A stretch of DNA of 64,000 nt, taken from assembly GCA_963719425.1 (NCBI GenBank), contig OY970382.1, positions 586,880 through 650,879 of the forward strand, given 5' to 3'. The notes below the pieces were generated by a model that worked only from the letters and a program-made list of their open reading frames with translations, did not search any database and was not told where the DNA came from. The translations under genes and the position numbers were made by a program. Below, in pieces: positions 36,766 through 46,052 of this stretch; positions within the stretch are counted from its first letter, which is position 1; the number at the start of each line of letters is the position of its first letter. Source of the DNA: an uncultured bacterium (GTDB lineage Bacteria; Patescibacteriota; Minisyncoccia; UBA6257; 2-01-FULL-56-20).

Positions 36766-38994
36766 ATGGACCTCATCATCGTGGAATCGCCGACGAAAGC
36801 GAAAACCATCGGAAAATTTGTGGGCAAGAACTTTGCCGTGGAATCATCCTACGGGCACATTCGCGACCTCCCGAAAAGCAAAATGGGAATTGATACAGAA
36901 CACAATTTTGAGCCGCAGTATGTGATCCCCGCGAAGGCAAAACCCGTGGTAGCGAACCTGAAAAAACTGGCCGCGAAAGCTACGAAGGTAATCCTCGCAA
37001 CCGATGAAGACCGCGAAGGCGAAGCGATCGCGTGGCACTTGGTCGCGGCGCTCGGCCTTCAAGGAAAAAAGGACGGGGTGGAACGGATTGCATTCCACGA
37101 GATCACCGAATCCGCAATCAAAGAAGCGCTCCTCGCGCCGCGCGGCCTTGATGTGAACCTAGTAGACGCCCAGCAAGCACGGCGCGTGCTTGACCGGCTC
37201 GTGGGCTACGGCCTTTCGCCGTTTCTGTGGCGGAAGGTGCGGTATGGACTCTCTGCGGGGCGTGTGCAATCCGTCGCCGTGCGGCTCGTTGTTGAGCGCG
37301 AGCGTGAAATCCAGGCATTTAAAAAAGAAGAATACTGGTCCATTGAGGCGATGTTCAGGCCGCCCGAAGTCAAAACCGCATTCCCCGCTTTCCTGCAGTC
37401 CATTTCCGGAAAAGCATTCGGAAAAATGGACATCAAAAACGAGAAGGACGCGAAGCGCATCATAAAAAATCTTGACGGCGCGCACTACCGCGTCAAAGAG
37501 ATCACTACAAAAGAAATCCGGCGGTATCCCGCGGCGCCGTTCGTGACCTCCACGCTCCAGCAGGAAGCAGCGCGCAAGCTGGGATTCTCGGCGAAGCAAA
37601 CGATGGTCGTCGCGCAGAAGCTCTATGAGAACGGGCACATTACGTACATGAGAACGGACAGCGTGCACCTCGCGGAGGCAGCGCTCGTCGCTGCACAGCA
37701 AGCAATCGGGAAAGAATTCGGGAAGGAATATCAGCTTGCTGAACCGCGGCGATACGCCACACGGACGAAAGGAGCGCAGGAAGCGCACGAAGCCATCCGC
37801 CCCACGAATCTCAACGCCGCCTCCGGGCACGCGCTCGGCATAAAAGAGCGCAATGACCAACGGCTCTACGACCTGATTTGGAAACGCACCATCGCATCGC
37901 AAATGAGAGAAGCGCTCCTTGAACAAACCTCGGTGGACATTGAAGCGGATACCGCGCACAAAGAAATCTTCCGCGCGAACGGGCAGGTCGTGAAGTTTGA
38001 CGGTTTTATCCGCGCTTACACCGAAGGCCGCGACGAAGGCGCGAACGGCGAGAGCGCGAGCACTACGGAAATAGAGGGGCAGTTACCGAAGCTCACGAAA
38101 GATATGGCGCTCGCACTCCAAAAGATAACGCCCGTCCAGCACTTCACGGAACCCTTGCCCCGCTATACCGACGCCACGCTTGTGAAAGCGCTGGAAGCCG
38201 AAGGGGTAGGCCGTCCCTCCACGTACGCGCCGACCTTGAGCGTGATCCAGGACCGCGGCTACGTGGAAAAAATGGAGAAAAAATACCACCCGACGGACAT
38301 TGGCTTCGTCGTAAACGATCTGCTCGTCCTAAATTTCCCGGAGATCGTAGATATCAAATTCACTTCGCACATAGAGGAGGAACTGGACGAGATCGCCGAA
38401 GGGAAGATGAAGTGGACCGATGTCTGCCGCGAATTCTACGGCCCATTCAAAAAAGAATTGGATGAAAAGGAGGCGTCTGTAGAAAAGCAGGTGGAAATTT
38501 CGGACACCCCCTGTCCGCACTGCGGGAAACCGATGGTGATCAAGTTCGGTCGCATGGGAAAATTCCTTGCGTGTCCCGATCCCGCAGTGAAGGTGACACT
38601 GCCGATGCCCGAGGAGGCGGCGAAGATCAAAGAACTGGAAGAAAAAACAAAAGACGAGCGCTGTCCCATTTGCGGCAAACCCATGAAAGTGCGCCGCGGA
38701 CGCTTCGGATTTTTCCTCGGCTGCACGGACTATCCGAACTGCAAAGGCGTGGCAAAGATCTGGAACAAAACAGGCTTCGCTTGCCCCGCGTGCCGCGACT
38801 CCGCCGACCGTTGGGAAAAGCCCGGCGACATCGTAGAGAAAAAATCCCGCGGCCGCGGACGGCCGTTCTACGCTTGCACGCGCTACCCCGTCTGTACGTT
38901 CGTTATGAACAAAAAACCGGAATCGGAGGCCGACCTTGAAGAAGCGCTGAGGCATTGGCGAGAAAACCCACCGAAGACGAAGGTGAAAAAATAG
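36766..38994 (+). CDS. topA: DNA topoisomerase I
   Basis: IVESPTK, ATDEDREGE, SAGRVQS, ITYMRTDS, C-terminal zinc ribbons. Confidence 0.97.
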   Translation: MDLIIVESPTKAKTIGKFVGKNFAVESSYGHIRDLPKSKMGIDTEHNFEPQYVIPAKAKPVVANLKKLAAKATKVILATDEDREGEAIAWHLVAALGLQGKKDGVERIAFHEITESAIKEALLAPRGLDVNLVDAQQARRVLDRLVGYGLSPFLWRKVRYGLSAGRVQSVAVRLVVEREREIQAFKKEEYWSIEAMFRPPEVKTAFPAFLQSISGKAFGKMDIKNEKDAKRIIKNLDGAHYRVKEITTKEIRRYPAAPFVTSTLQQEAARKLGFSAKQTMVVAQKLYENGHITYMRTDSVHLAEAALVAAQQAIGKEFGKEYQLAEPRRYATRTKGAQEAHEAIRPTNLNAASGHALGIKERNDQRLYDLIWKRTIASQMREALLEQTSVDIEADTAHKEIFRANGQVVKFDGFIRAYTEGRDEGANGESASTTEIEGQLPKLTKDMALALQKITPVQHFTEPLPRYTDATLVKALEAEGVGRPSTYAPTLSVIQDRGYVEKMEKKYHPTDIGFVVNDLLVLNFPEIVDIKFTSHIEEELDEIAEGKMKWTDVCREFYGPFKKELDEKEASVEKQVEISDTPCPHCGKPMVIKFGRMGKFLACPDPAVKVTLPMPEEAAKIKELEEKTKDERCPICGKPMKVRRGRFGFFLGCTDYPNCKGVAKIWNKTGFACPACRDSADRWEKPGDIVEKKSRGRGRPFYACTRYPVCTFVMNKKPESEADLEEALRHWRENPPKTKVKK

Positions 38995-39039
38995 CGTGCG
39001 GGATTTGCGCGCTCTTCGCCGCGGTCATAAGATAGATAC

Positions 39040-40737
39040 ATGACCATAAAAGAGCTCGTGAAGAAACAACCCGACAGCCTGATTGGCAAAGCATACGCCT
39101 TCGCTCTCCGCGTGCACAAAGCGCAACAAAGGAAAACCGGCGAGCCCTATTTTAATCACCCGCTCGCGACTGCGGAAACGTTGAATGGGTGGCATCTTGA
39201 CGAAGACACGATTGCTGCGGGTCTCCTTCATGACACCGTGGAAGATACCGGTATTCCTCTTGAAACCGTAAAAAAGGATTTCGGGGACGATGTCGCATTC
39301 CTTGTGGACAGCGTGACGAAACTCGGCCACATCAAATACCGCGGCGCGGAAAACCGGGCGGAAAATCTTCGCAAGATGATCCTTGCACTTTCACAAGATT
39401 TGCGCGTCGTTTTCATAAAGCTCGCTGACCGCCTCCATAACATGCAGACGCTCGCGGCCCTCCCGCCCGCAAAGCAAAAGCGGATCGCGGTGGAAACGGA
39501 CGAGATCTACGCGCCGCTCGCCTACCGCCTCGGCATGCACAATCTTTCCGGCGAATTGGAAGATCTCGCATTCCCCTACCTCCATCCTACCGAGTACCGA
39601 TGGCTCCTCTCTACGGCGAAAGAACAATACAAAGAGCGGCTCGCATATCTCTTAAAGATGAAGCCGCAGGTGCGCAAGCTCCTTGAGGAACACGCGATCA
39701 AGCCGCTGGATATTGAAATCCGGGCCAAACGTTACGCCAGTCTGTACAAAAAACTTCTGCGCCGCGACATGAACATGGGGAAAATCTACGACCTCGTCGC
39801 GATGCGCGTGATCGTAGCCACCGTCCCCGAATGCTACGCGGCACTCGGCGTTATCCACGAAGCATGGCCGCCGGTTCCTCACCGCATCAAGGACTACATC
39901 GCCTTGCCGAAGCCGAACGGCTACCGCAGTTTGCACACCACGGTGATCGGCCCGGATGACAAAACAATTGAGTTTCAAATACGGACGAGGAAAATGCACG
40001 ACGAGAACGAATACGGCGTCGCCGCGCACTGGCTCTATGACCAGAAGCGCCGCGGCGAAAAAATTTCCGGGAAACAGCTTGCGGAAGACCTCTCCTGGGT
40101 GCAACAACTGAGAGCTTGGCAAGAACGGTTCTTTGGCGGGGGAGAAAAACCGCAAGAGTTTTTGGACGCGATGAAAATTGACTTCTTCCGCGGACGCATC
40201 TTCGCCGTCACGCCGCGCGGCGACGTCATTGACCTGCCGCAAGGCGCCACGCCCGTGGATTTCGCGTACCACATCCACTCTGACGTCGGGAACGCTGCTG
40301 CGGGGGCGCGGGTGAACGGCACGCTCGTGCCGCTCGACCACAAGCTGAAATCGGGGGACGTGGTCTATATTATCACTCAAAAAGGAAAAAAGCCGTCGGA
40401 CGACTGGCTCCGCTTCGTCGCGACTGGCATCGCCCGCGATCACATTCGCGCGGCGCTCCGCGAGAAAAACAGGTTCGTGCGCATGGCGAAAGCGCCCACG
40501 CACGCGGAACTGAAGCTCACCGTGGAGCCCCGCATCGGCCTCATTAAAAACATTTCAGAGGTGATTGCACGCCAGCACCTCGCCATCATGAACTTTTACA
40601 CCGAAAACCCGAGAGGGGGCCGCTACCAGTTCTATCGGATTGAAATCAAAACCGCCGACAAGGACAAAATTGAAAAACTGATCGTCAAGCTGAAAGCGAT
40701 AAAAGAAGTGAAGGAGGAAAGTTACAAATTAAGTTAG
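39040..40737 (+). CDS. rel: RelA/SpoT family (p)ppGpp synthetase/hydrolase
   Basis: HDTVEDT, KLADRLHN, KDYIALPKPNGYRSLHT, TGS and ACT-like domains. Confidence 0.93.
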   Translation: MTIKELVKKQPDSLIGKAYAFALRVHKAQQRKTGEPYFNHPLATAETLNGWHLDEDTIAAGLLHDTVEDTGIPLETVKKDFGDDVAFLVDSVTKLGHIKYRGAENRAENLRKMILALSQDLRVVFIKLADRLHNMQTLAALPPAKQKRIAVETDEIYAPLAYRLGMHNLSGELEDLAFPYLHPTEYRWLLSTAKEQYKERLAYLLKMKPQVRKLLEEHAIKPLDIEIRAKRYASLYKKLLRRDMNMGKIYDLVAMRVIVATVPECYAALGVIHEAWPPVPHRIKDYIALPKPNGYRSLHTTVIGPDDKTIEFQIRTRKMHDENEYGVAAHWLYDQKRRGEKISGKQLAEDLSWVQQLRAWQERFFGGGEKPQEFLDAMKIDFFRGRIFAVTPRGDVIDLPQGATPVDFAYHIHSDVGNAAAGARVNGTLVPLDHKLKSGDVVYIITQKGKKPSDDWLRFVATGIARDHIRAALREKNRFVRMAKAPTHAELKLTVEPRIGLIKNISEVIARQHLAIMNFYTENPRGGRYQFYRIEIKTADKDKIEKLIVKLKAIKEVKEESYKLS

Positions 40738-41924
40738 CTCTCCTTCCCGAGCCGGCGCAGAATATTTTCCAATTCTTCTTCCGAATAAAAGGTGATGGTG
40801 ATCTTCCCGGTATTCGCGCCCTTGTGAATTGTGACGGGAGCGCCGAGATCCGTGGAAAGCGACTCCTGCATCGCTTTGAGTTCCGGCGGCAGGGGCGCTT
40901 CCGCACTTTTCGGGGGACGACCGCGGCGGCGCCCGCCCGCAACACTGCTGCCGAACTCACCCACGCGCTCTCTTACGTCGCGCGTCGTGAGCCCATGATG
41001 CACGACATCCTCAAAGAGGCGCTGTTGCGCGCCCGGATCCCGAATGGCCAGAAGCAGTCGCGCGCTGCTCTCGGAAATCTCCCCTCTTTCCACCGCCGTC
41101 CGGACGTATTCCGGAAGGTCCAAAAGTCGCACGCTGTTTGCAATCACTTCGCGCGACTTGCCGAGCTTCACCGCAATCTCGCGCTGGGTCATCCGGAATT
41201 CCTCCTGCAGCCGCTGGAACGCGCGCGCGGCCTCTATCGGATTCAAATTCTCGCGCTGGATATTTTCCAAAACGGCGAGCTCCAATTTTTCGCGTTCAAG
41301 ATCCACGTTCCGGATAATAGCGGGTACCGTCGCAAGCCCGAGCATCCTTGCGGCCAGAAGCCGCCGCTCACCCGCGACCAATTGATATGCAACGCCTACG
41401 CCCCCGGCAGTTTCCTTTTCAATGCGCGACACCACAAGCGGCTGCAAAAAGCCGAACTCGCGAATGGAATGCGCGAGGTCGCGAAGCCCCGCTTCGTCAA
41501 AATTCCTGCGCGGCTGGTTCGGATTCGGCGTTATCCTATCCACTTCAATATGAAAGACCGAGCCCATTTCCTGCGGTTCGCCCCTAAACGCTTTCGCTGC
41601 AACCGACGCGGGAGAAACCGTTGGTTGTGGTTGCGGCTGTGCGGGTTGCGGTTGAGGCTGGGGTTGTGAAATCGGCGCGGCTGCTGGCGCCTCAACCAGT
41701 GGCACTGGCCGCGACACTTCTTGCGGCACCGCATCGGCGTGCACAATTTCCGTTTCCGAATCCGGCGGCAGAGCCGGCGACCGCGCGGCCGGTGGTTGCG
41801 AAGCCAGCGGCTGCGATGACGGAACATTCTGCCCGCCGCCGTTCCCGTTACCGCCGCCACCGCCACCACCGCCGCTTCCATTCCCCTTCTTCGGTATTAA
41901 CGACTCAAGTCCTTTGCCGAGCAT
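40734..41924 (-). CDS. parB: ParB/Spo0J partition protein with long Gly/Pro/Gln-rich N-terminal linker
   Basis: LGKGLESLI, NPNQPR, GERR, ENIQRENLNPIE, HTH. Confidence 0.95.
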   Translation of the reverse strand: MLGKGLESLIPKKGNGSGGGGGGGGNGNGGGQNVPSSQPLASQPPAARSPALPPDSETEIVHADAVPQEVSRPVPLVEAPAAAPISQPQPQPQPAQPQPQPTVSPASVAAKAFRGEPQEMGSVFHIEVDRITPNPNQPRRNFDEAGLRDLAHSIREFGFLQPLVVSRIEKETAGGVGVAYQLVAGERRLLAARMLGLATVPAIIRNVDLEREKLELAVLENIQRENLNPIEAARAFQRLQEEFRMTQREIAVKLGKSREVIANSVRLLDLPEYVRTAVERGEISESSARLLLAIRDPGAQQRLFEDVVHHGLTTRDVRERVGEFGSSVAGGRRRGRPPKSAEAPLPPELKAMQESLSTDLGAPVTIHKGANTGKITITFYSEEELENILRRLGKES

Positions 41925-41936
41925 ATGTGCAGTAAA

Positions 41937-42755
41937 TCAAATATTGAAATTCCCGAAATTTTCGCTCGCGACGACCTCCCGCGGCAGATTGAAGTCCTTT
42001 TCCTGTTCCATGATCTCGTCCGCGAGTCGTTTATACGCCGTGGCCCCCGGCGAATCCGGCCGGTATAAAATAATCGGCTTTGAAAAACTCGGTGCTTCCG
42101 CGAGCGCGACCGCGCGCGGAATCTCCACGTCAAACACGTGATGCGGGAAATGTCGCCGGAGGTTCTTAGAAACCTCGCGGCTCAAGTGCTCACGTTTGTC
42201 ATACATCGTGACGAGCGCGCCGGCGACGCGGAGCGGATGTCTTAAGTTATTCCTGATAAGCTCCACGGTTTCCAAAAGCTGCCCTATACCTTCCAGGCTG
42301 TAATATTCCGTCTGCACGGGGATCAAAACCTCGTCCGCGGCGACTAGGCCGTTCACGGTAAGCAGGCTCAAGCTCGGCGGCAGGTCAACGAGAACGTAAT
42401 CGTAATTGTGCCGCAGCCGGTTCACGAACTTCCGCAAAAAATATTCACGGTCGGGGACGTCCACGAGTTCAACAAGCGCGCCTGCCAGATGCGGCGCCGC
42501 GGGCACAAGATGGTAATTGAAAATTATGGTCGGCTTTACAATCTGCTCGCACGGCACAGTTCCCAAAATACCGTGGTACACGCTCAACTCCTCTTTTATG
42601 TCGTGGCCGAGCGCCGAGCTTGCGTTCGCCTGTGGATCAAAATCAATCAGGAGCACGCGGCGCCCCGCGGCAGCAAGATACGCGCCCAAATTAACCGCGG
42701 TCGTGGTCTTCCCCACGCCCCCTTTTTGATTACAAATTGCGATCACGCGCGCCAT
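41937..42755 (-). CDS. parA: ParA/Soj ATPase
   Basis: NQKGGVGKTT, DFDPQAN, DLPPSL. Confidence 0.96.
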   Translation of the reverse strand: MARVIAICNQKGGVGKTTTAVNLGAYLAAAGRRVLLIDFDPQANASSALGHDIKEELSVYHGILGTVPCEQIVKPTIIFNYHLVPAAPHLAGALVELVDVPDREYFLRKFVNRLRHNYDYVLVDLPPSLSLLTVNGLVAADEVLIPVQTEYYSLEGIGQLLETVELIRNNLRHPLRVAGALVTMYDKREHLSREVSKNLRRHFPHHVFDVEIPRAVALAEAPSFSKPIILYRPDSPGATAYKRLADEIMEQEKDFNLPREVVASENFGNFNI

Positions 42756-42833
42756 ATAGCTTGATTTTAGCGCGTAAAATAACTATTATCAATCGTGCGA
42801 GCGCGCGAGGTTACAGCCCCACGCGTCCCACGC

Positions 42834-42916
42834 GCCCGGGTGGCGGAATGGCAGACGCAATCGCCTCAAGAGCGATCGGCCGTAAGGCCATGCGAGTTCG
42901 ACTCTCGCCTCGGGCA
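42834..42916 (+). tRNA. tRNA-Leu(CAA)
   Basis: ATCGC-CT CAA GA-GCGAT, long variable arm. Confidence 0.95.
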
Positions 42917-42975
42917 CCGCGAGAATTTAACAAAAACTTAATACTTATTTAATGCCGCGTTGGTAGTATAGTGTC

Positions 42976-43683
42976 GTGCCCAAAAGAAGGTTACCGCCAA
43001 AGAATTTCGAATGGACGCCGAAACTTGCGTATGTGGTGGGGCTTTTGGTAACCGATGGGAATTTATCAAAGAACGGACGGCAGGTTATTATGCGCTCGGC
43101 AGAGCTTCCATTGCTCGAAACTTTTAAACAATGTCTCGGCATTGACGCAAAGATTGGAGTCGCAAAGAAAAAGACCGGCGATGTTTCCTATCGGGTGCAA
43201 TTCAGCAATGTCCAATTCTATGACTGGTTGCTCAGGATAGGACTATTCCCCGCAAAAAGTTATACAATAGGTCGTATTGACATCCCAGATAAATTTTTCC
43301 GGGATTATTTCCGCGGCTGCATAGATGGCGACGGCAGTATCCAAACCTATAAAGATAGTTATAATGTTTATCGCGGGCGGCGATATAGCACGCAACGTCT
43401 CTTTATAAAACTTGTTTCGGCGAGCGAAAAACACATTCGCTGGGCACGCTATAGAATAAATAATCTCGTAGGAATTTGCGGTGCGATTATAAGAAATAAA
43501 CCTGCCAGCGAAAATCGAGTTCTGATGTGGGAATTAAAATTCGCCAAGAAAGAATCACTACGCTTAATTAACTGGATGTATTATGCGCCAGATATTCCTT
43601 GTTTAGAACGAAAACGAGCGATTGCCCGAAACGCGCTCGCTATCATAAAGCAAGAAAAGCGACGCGAATACAGCCGAATATAA
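42976..43683 (+). CDS. Free-standing double-motif LAGLIDADG homing endonuclease-like protein
   Basis: LAYVVGLLVTDGN and DYFRGCIDGDGSI motifs; AT-richer than flanks. Confidence 0.85.
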   Translation: MPKRRLPPKNFEWTPKLAYVVGLLVTDGNLSKNGRQVIMRSAELPLLETFKQCLGIDAKIGVAKKKTGDVSYRVQFSNVQFYDWLLRIGLFPAKSYTIGRIDIPDKFFRDYFRGCIDGDGSIQTYKDSYNVYRGRRYSTQRLFIKLVSASEKHIRWARYRINNLVGICGAIIRNKPASENRVLMWELKFAKKESLRLINWMYYAPDIPCLERKRAIARNALAIIKQEKRREYSRI

Positions 43684-43695
43684 TCTGAAGCAATG

Positions 43696-43779
43696 TGCCC
43701 GGGGTCGGGATCGAACCGACACGCTCTTGCGAGCAGGGGATTTTAAGTCCCCTCTGTCTACCGATTTCAGCACCCGGGC
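43696..43779 (-). tRNA. tRNA-Leu(TAA)
   Basis: GGGGA-CT TAA AA-TCCCC, long variable arm. Confidence 0.95.
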
Positions 43780-43788
43780 AAATCGGGT

Positions 43789-43864
43789 TGGAGGCCTGGG
43801 CGGGAATCGAACCCGCGTATATGGGTTTTGCAGACCCATGCCTTGACCATTTGGCTACCAGGCC
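43789..43864 (-). tRNA. tRNA-Cys(GCA)
   Basis: TGGGT-CT GCA AA-ACCCA; encoded CCA. Confidence 0.95.
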
Positions 43865-43875
43865 GTTCCTCAATC

Positions 43876-44205
43876 TTACTTTTTTAGGAGCGCTTTTTCA
43901 ACCGCCGCGGCGTTCTCCACGCCATGATCAATATAGAACGATATCCGCGGCATCGGTTTGATATTGATCTTCTTCATCAAAAGATGCTGGAGATAGCCCG
44001 TGCGCTTTTGGAGTTCGGCGAGCGCGGCGTCGCCCGCAGACGACGGGATTGCACTCACGCTGACCTTCGCACGCTCCAACTTTTTATCCACCGTGACCCC
44101 GGTAATCGTGACAAGGGCGTCGGGGAACTCAACTTCGCGGATAATGATCTTTGAAAGTTCCGCACGTATTAATTTGCCGACCCGCTCGGAACGAAAAAAG
44201 CGCAT
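43876..44205 (-). CDS. rbfA: Ribosome-binding factor A
   Basis: RSERV, VTITGV, AKVSVS, MPRISF.ID; follows infB. Confidence 0.9.
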   Translation of the reverse strand: MRFFRSERVGKLIRAELSKIIIREVEFPDALVTITGVTVDKKLERAKVSVSAIPSSAGDAALAELQKRTGYLQHLLMKKINIKPMPRISFYIDHGVENAAAVEKALLKK

Positions 44206-44212
44206 TGCGAAA

Positions 44213-45787
44213 TTATTTACGAATGACGAGCGTGTCGCCTGTTTTGATCAAAACCTGCGAGTTCGCGAGTACACCAATCTCCTTTCCTTTTTCCGCCTGC
44301 GTGATTTCCGATTTCTTCTCGCGCAAGTTGAGGACGCGGCCCGTGCCGACCGCCACTTTCGGCATATCACGGGAAGCACCTTCCGCAGGAGCACCCTTCT
44401 CGCGAGCGTCTTTCTCAGAAACGGCCTCCGCCGCGCCGCGCCGCAGAATTTCAAACGACGCCTTTTCGCGGAAGATACCCTTCATGACGCGCCCCCCTAC
44501 GAGCTGCTTGTCTAATTTCTCTTGATTGAAAACCGCAAGCACCTCAAGCTCCCCCGCGGCCACCGGACCCAATCTTCCGGCAAGAAAATCTTCCACGGCC
44601 TTCACGAGATCGTAGACGATTTCCGAGGTAATGATCATGACGGACTGCGCATCCGCAAGATTCCGCGCTCCCTTCTCCACTTTATTTTTAAACCCGATGA
44701 TCGTAGCGTGCGTCGCCTGTGCGCGCCGCACATCGCCGTCGGTCACATCCCCCACCGATTCCTCAACCACATTGACCTCTTTGCCCCCCTGCTTATCAAC
44801 GCTTTTCAAGATCACGGAAAGCGCTTCAAGCGATCCGGCGTCGGAAGCTTTGAGAATCAGGTTCAGCGTATTCGGTTTTGATTTTGCGATCTGCGTGGCG
44901 ACCATAGTGCGCTGCGCAGGTGACGCGGCCTCCTTAATTTCTCCCACCGCGAATTCCTCCCCGACTTTCGGAAGCCCTTCAAAACCAATGATAACCGCAG
45001 GCGCAGACGGCTCCAAGCTCGCCGTGGACCTCCCGGCAAAATCCTCAAGCATCTTCACTTTGCCGCTCGCCGTGCGCGTCGCGACCAGATCACCGCGGTG
45101 GAGCGTCCCGTTTTTTACGATCACACTCGCTTCAACGCCGCGCCGCGGATCACGCCGCGCTTCAAGGATATAACCGGAAGCCGGCGCTTTCGGATCGTAG
45201 GTTAAATTTTCCATGTCGGAGGCAAGGAGCACGAGGTCTAAGAGTTCGTTCACTCCCTCGCCCGTCTTTGCGGAAACCCCGTGATAGCTCACCTGCCCAC
45301 CGTAACCCTCAAGCATCACCCCGGCGTTCATCAAGTCCGTTTTTGCCTTTTCAAGATTGCCGCCCTGCACTTTGTCAATTTTGTTGAACGCGACAATGAA
45401 CGGCGTCTTCGCGTCCTCCAAAATCTTGATGGATTCTTTTGTTTGTGGCTTCACCCCTTCGTCCGCGGCAACAACAAGAATCGCCATGTCCGCCGTCTGC
45501 GCCCCCCGCGCGCGCATCGCCATGAACGCCTCGTGCCCGGGCGTGTCAATAAAGGTAATCTTCCGCGGCGCACTCGCGTTTCCCTCCTTAGCTCCCGCCG
45601 GTGCGTGCACAATCTCGTACGCACCCACGGCCTGCGTGATACCGCCCGCCTCCCGCGCCGCAACGGTTGTCTTTCGAATGTAATCCAGAAGCGTCGTCTT
45701 CCCGTGGTCCACGTGCCCCACGACAACCACGATTGGCGGGCGCGGTTTTATATTCCTGCTCGCAGTTTTTACATTTTCACTTGCCAT
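44213..45787 (-). CDS. infB: Translation initiation factor IF-2 (short form, no N-terminal extension)
   Basis: [37 protein letters not shown]. Confidence 0.96.
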   Translation of the reverse strand: MASENVKTASRNIKPRPPIVVVVGHVDHGKTTLLDYIRKTTVAAREAGGITQAVGAYEIVHAPAGAKEGNASAPRKITFIDTPGHEAFMAMRARGAQTADMAILVVAADEGVKPQTKESIKILEDAKTPFIVAFNKIDKVQGGNLEKAKTDLMNAGVMLEGYGGQVSYHGVSAKTGEGVNELLDLVLLASDMENLTYDPKAPASGYILEARRDPRRGVEASVIVKNGTLHRGDLVATRTASGKVKMLEDFAGRSTASLEPSAPAVIIGFEGLPKVGEEFAVGEIKEAASPAQRTMVATQIAKSKPNTLNLILKASDAGSLEALSVILKSVDKQGGKEVNVVEESVGDVTDGDVRRAQATHATIIGFKNKVEKGARNLADAQSVMIITSEIVYDLVKAVEDFLAGRLGPVAAGELEVLAVFNQEKLDKQLVGGRVMKGIFREKASFEILRRGAAEAVSEKDAREKGAPAEGASRDMPKVAVGTGRVLNLREKKSEITQAEKGKEIGVLANSQVLIKTGDTLVIRK

Positions 45788-45854
45788 AACCAATGAAATG
45801 TAGCAAAAAACATTGATAAAAACAAGTTTCTCGTGTACGTTTAACGAGTGCGCT

Positions 45855-45941
45855 GGAGGCGTGGCCGAGTGGTTTAAGGCAGCATCCTGCTAAGATGTTA
45901 AGGGAGAAATCCCTTCGAAGGTTCGAATCCTTCCGCCTCCG
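45855..45941 (+). tRNA. tRNA-Ser(GCT)
   Basis: GCATC-CT GCT AA-GATGT, long variable arm, GTTCGAATC. Confidence 0.95.
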
Positions 45942-46052
45942 CCCGTTAGGGCATCGGTTCGAGAGACCTTCCGGCCTCGGATTTTGCTATCTTTTTGAAA
46001 CGCAGTTCAGGCGACGAATCGCGACAGGTGTCTAGGACTCGAACCTCAAGAT

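Noticed and set aside
42940-43695. tRNA group I intron hosting the LAGLIDADG ORF
   Set aside because: Flanking tRNAs are complete and the spacers are too short for an intron core
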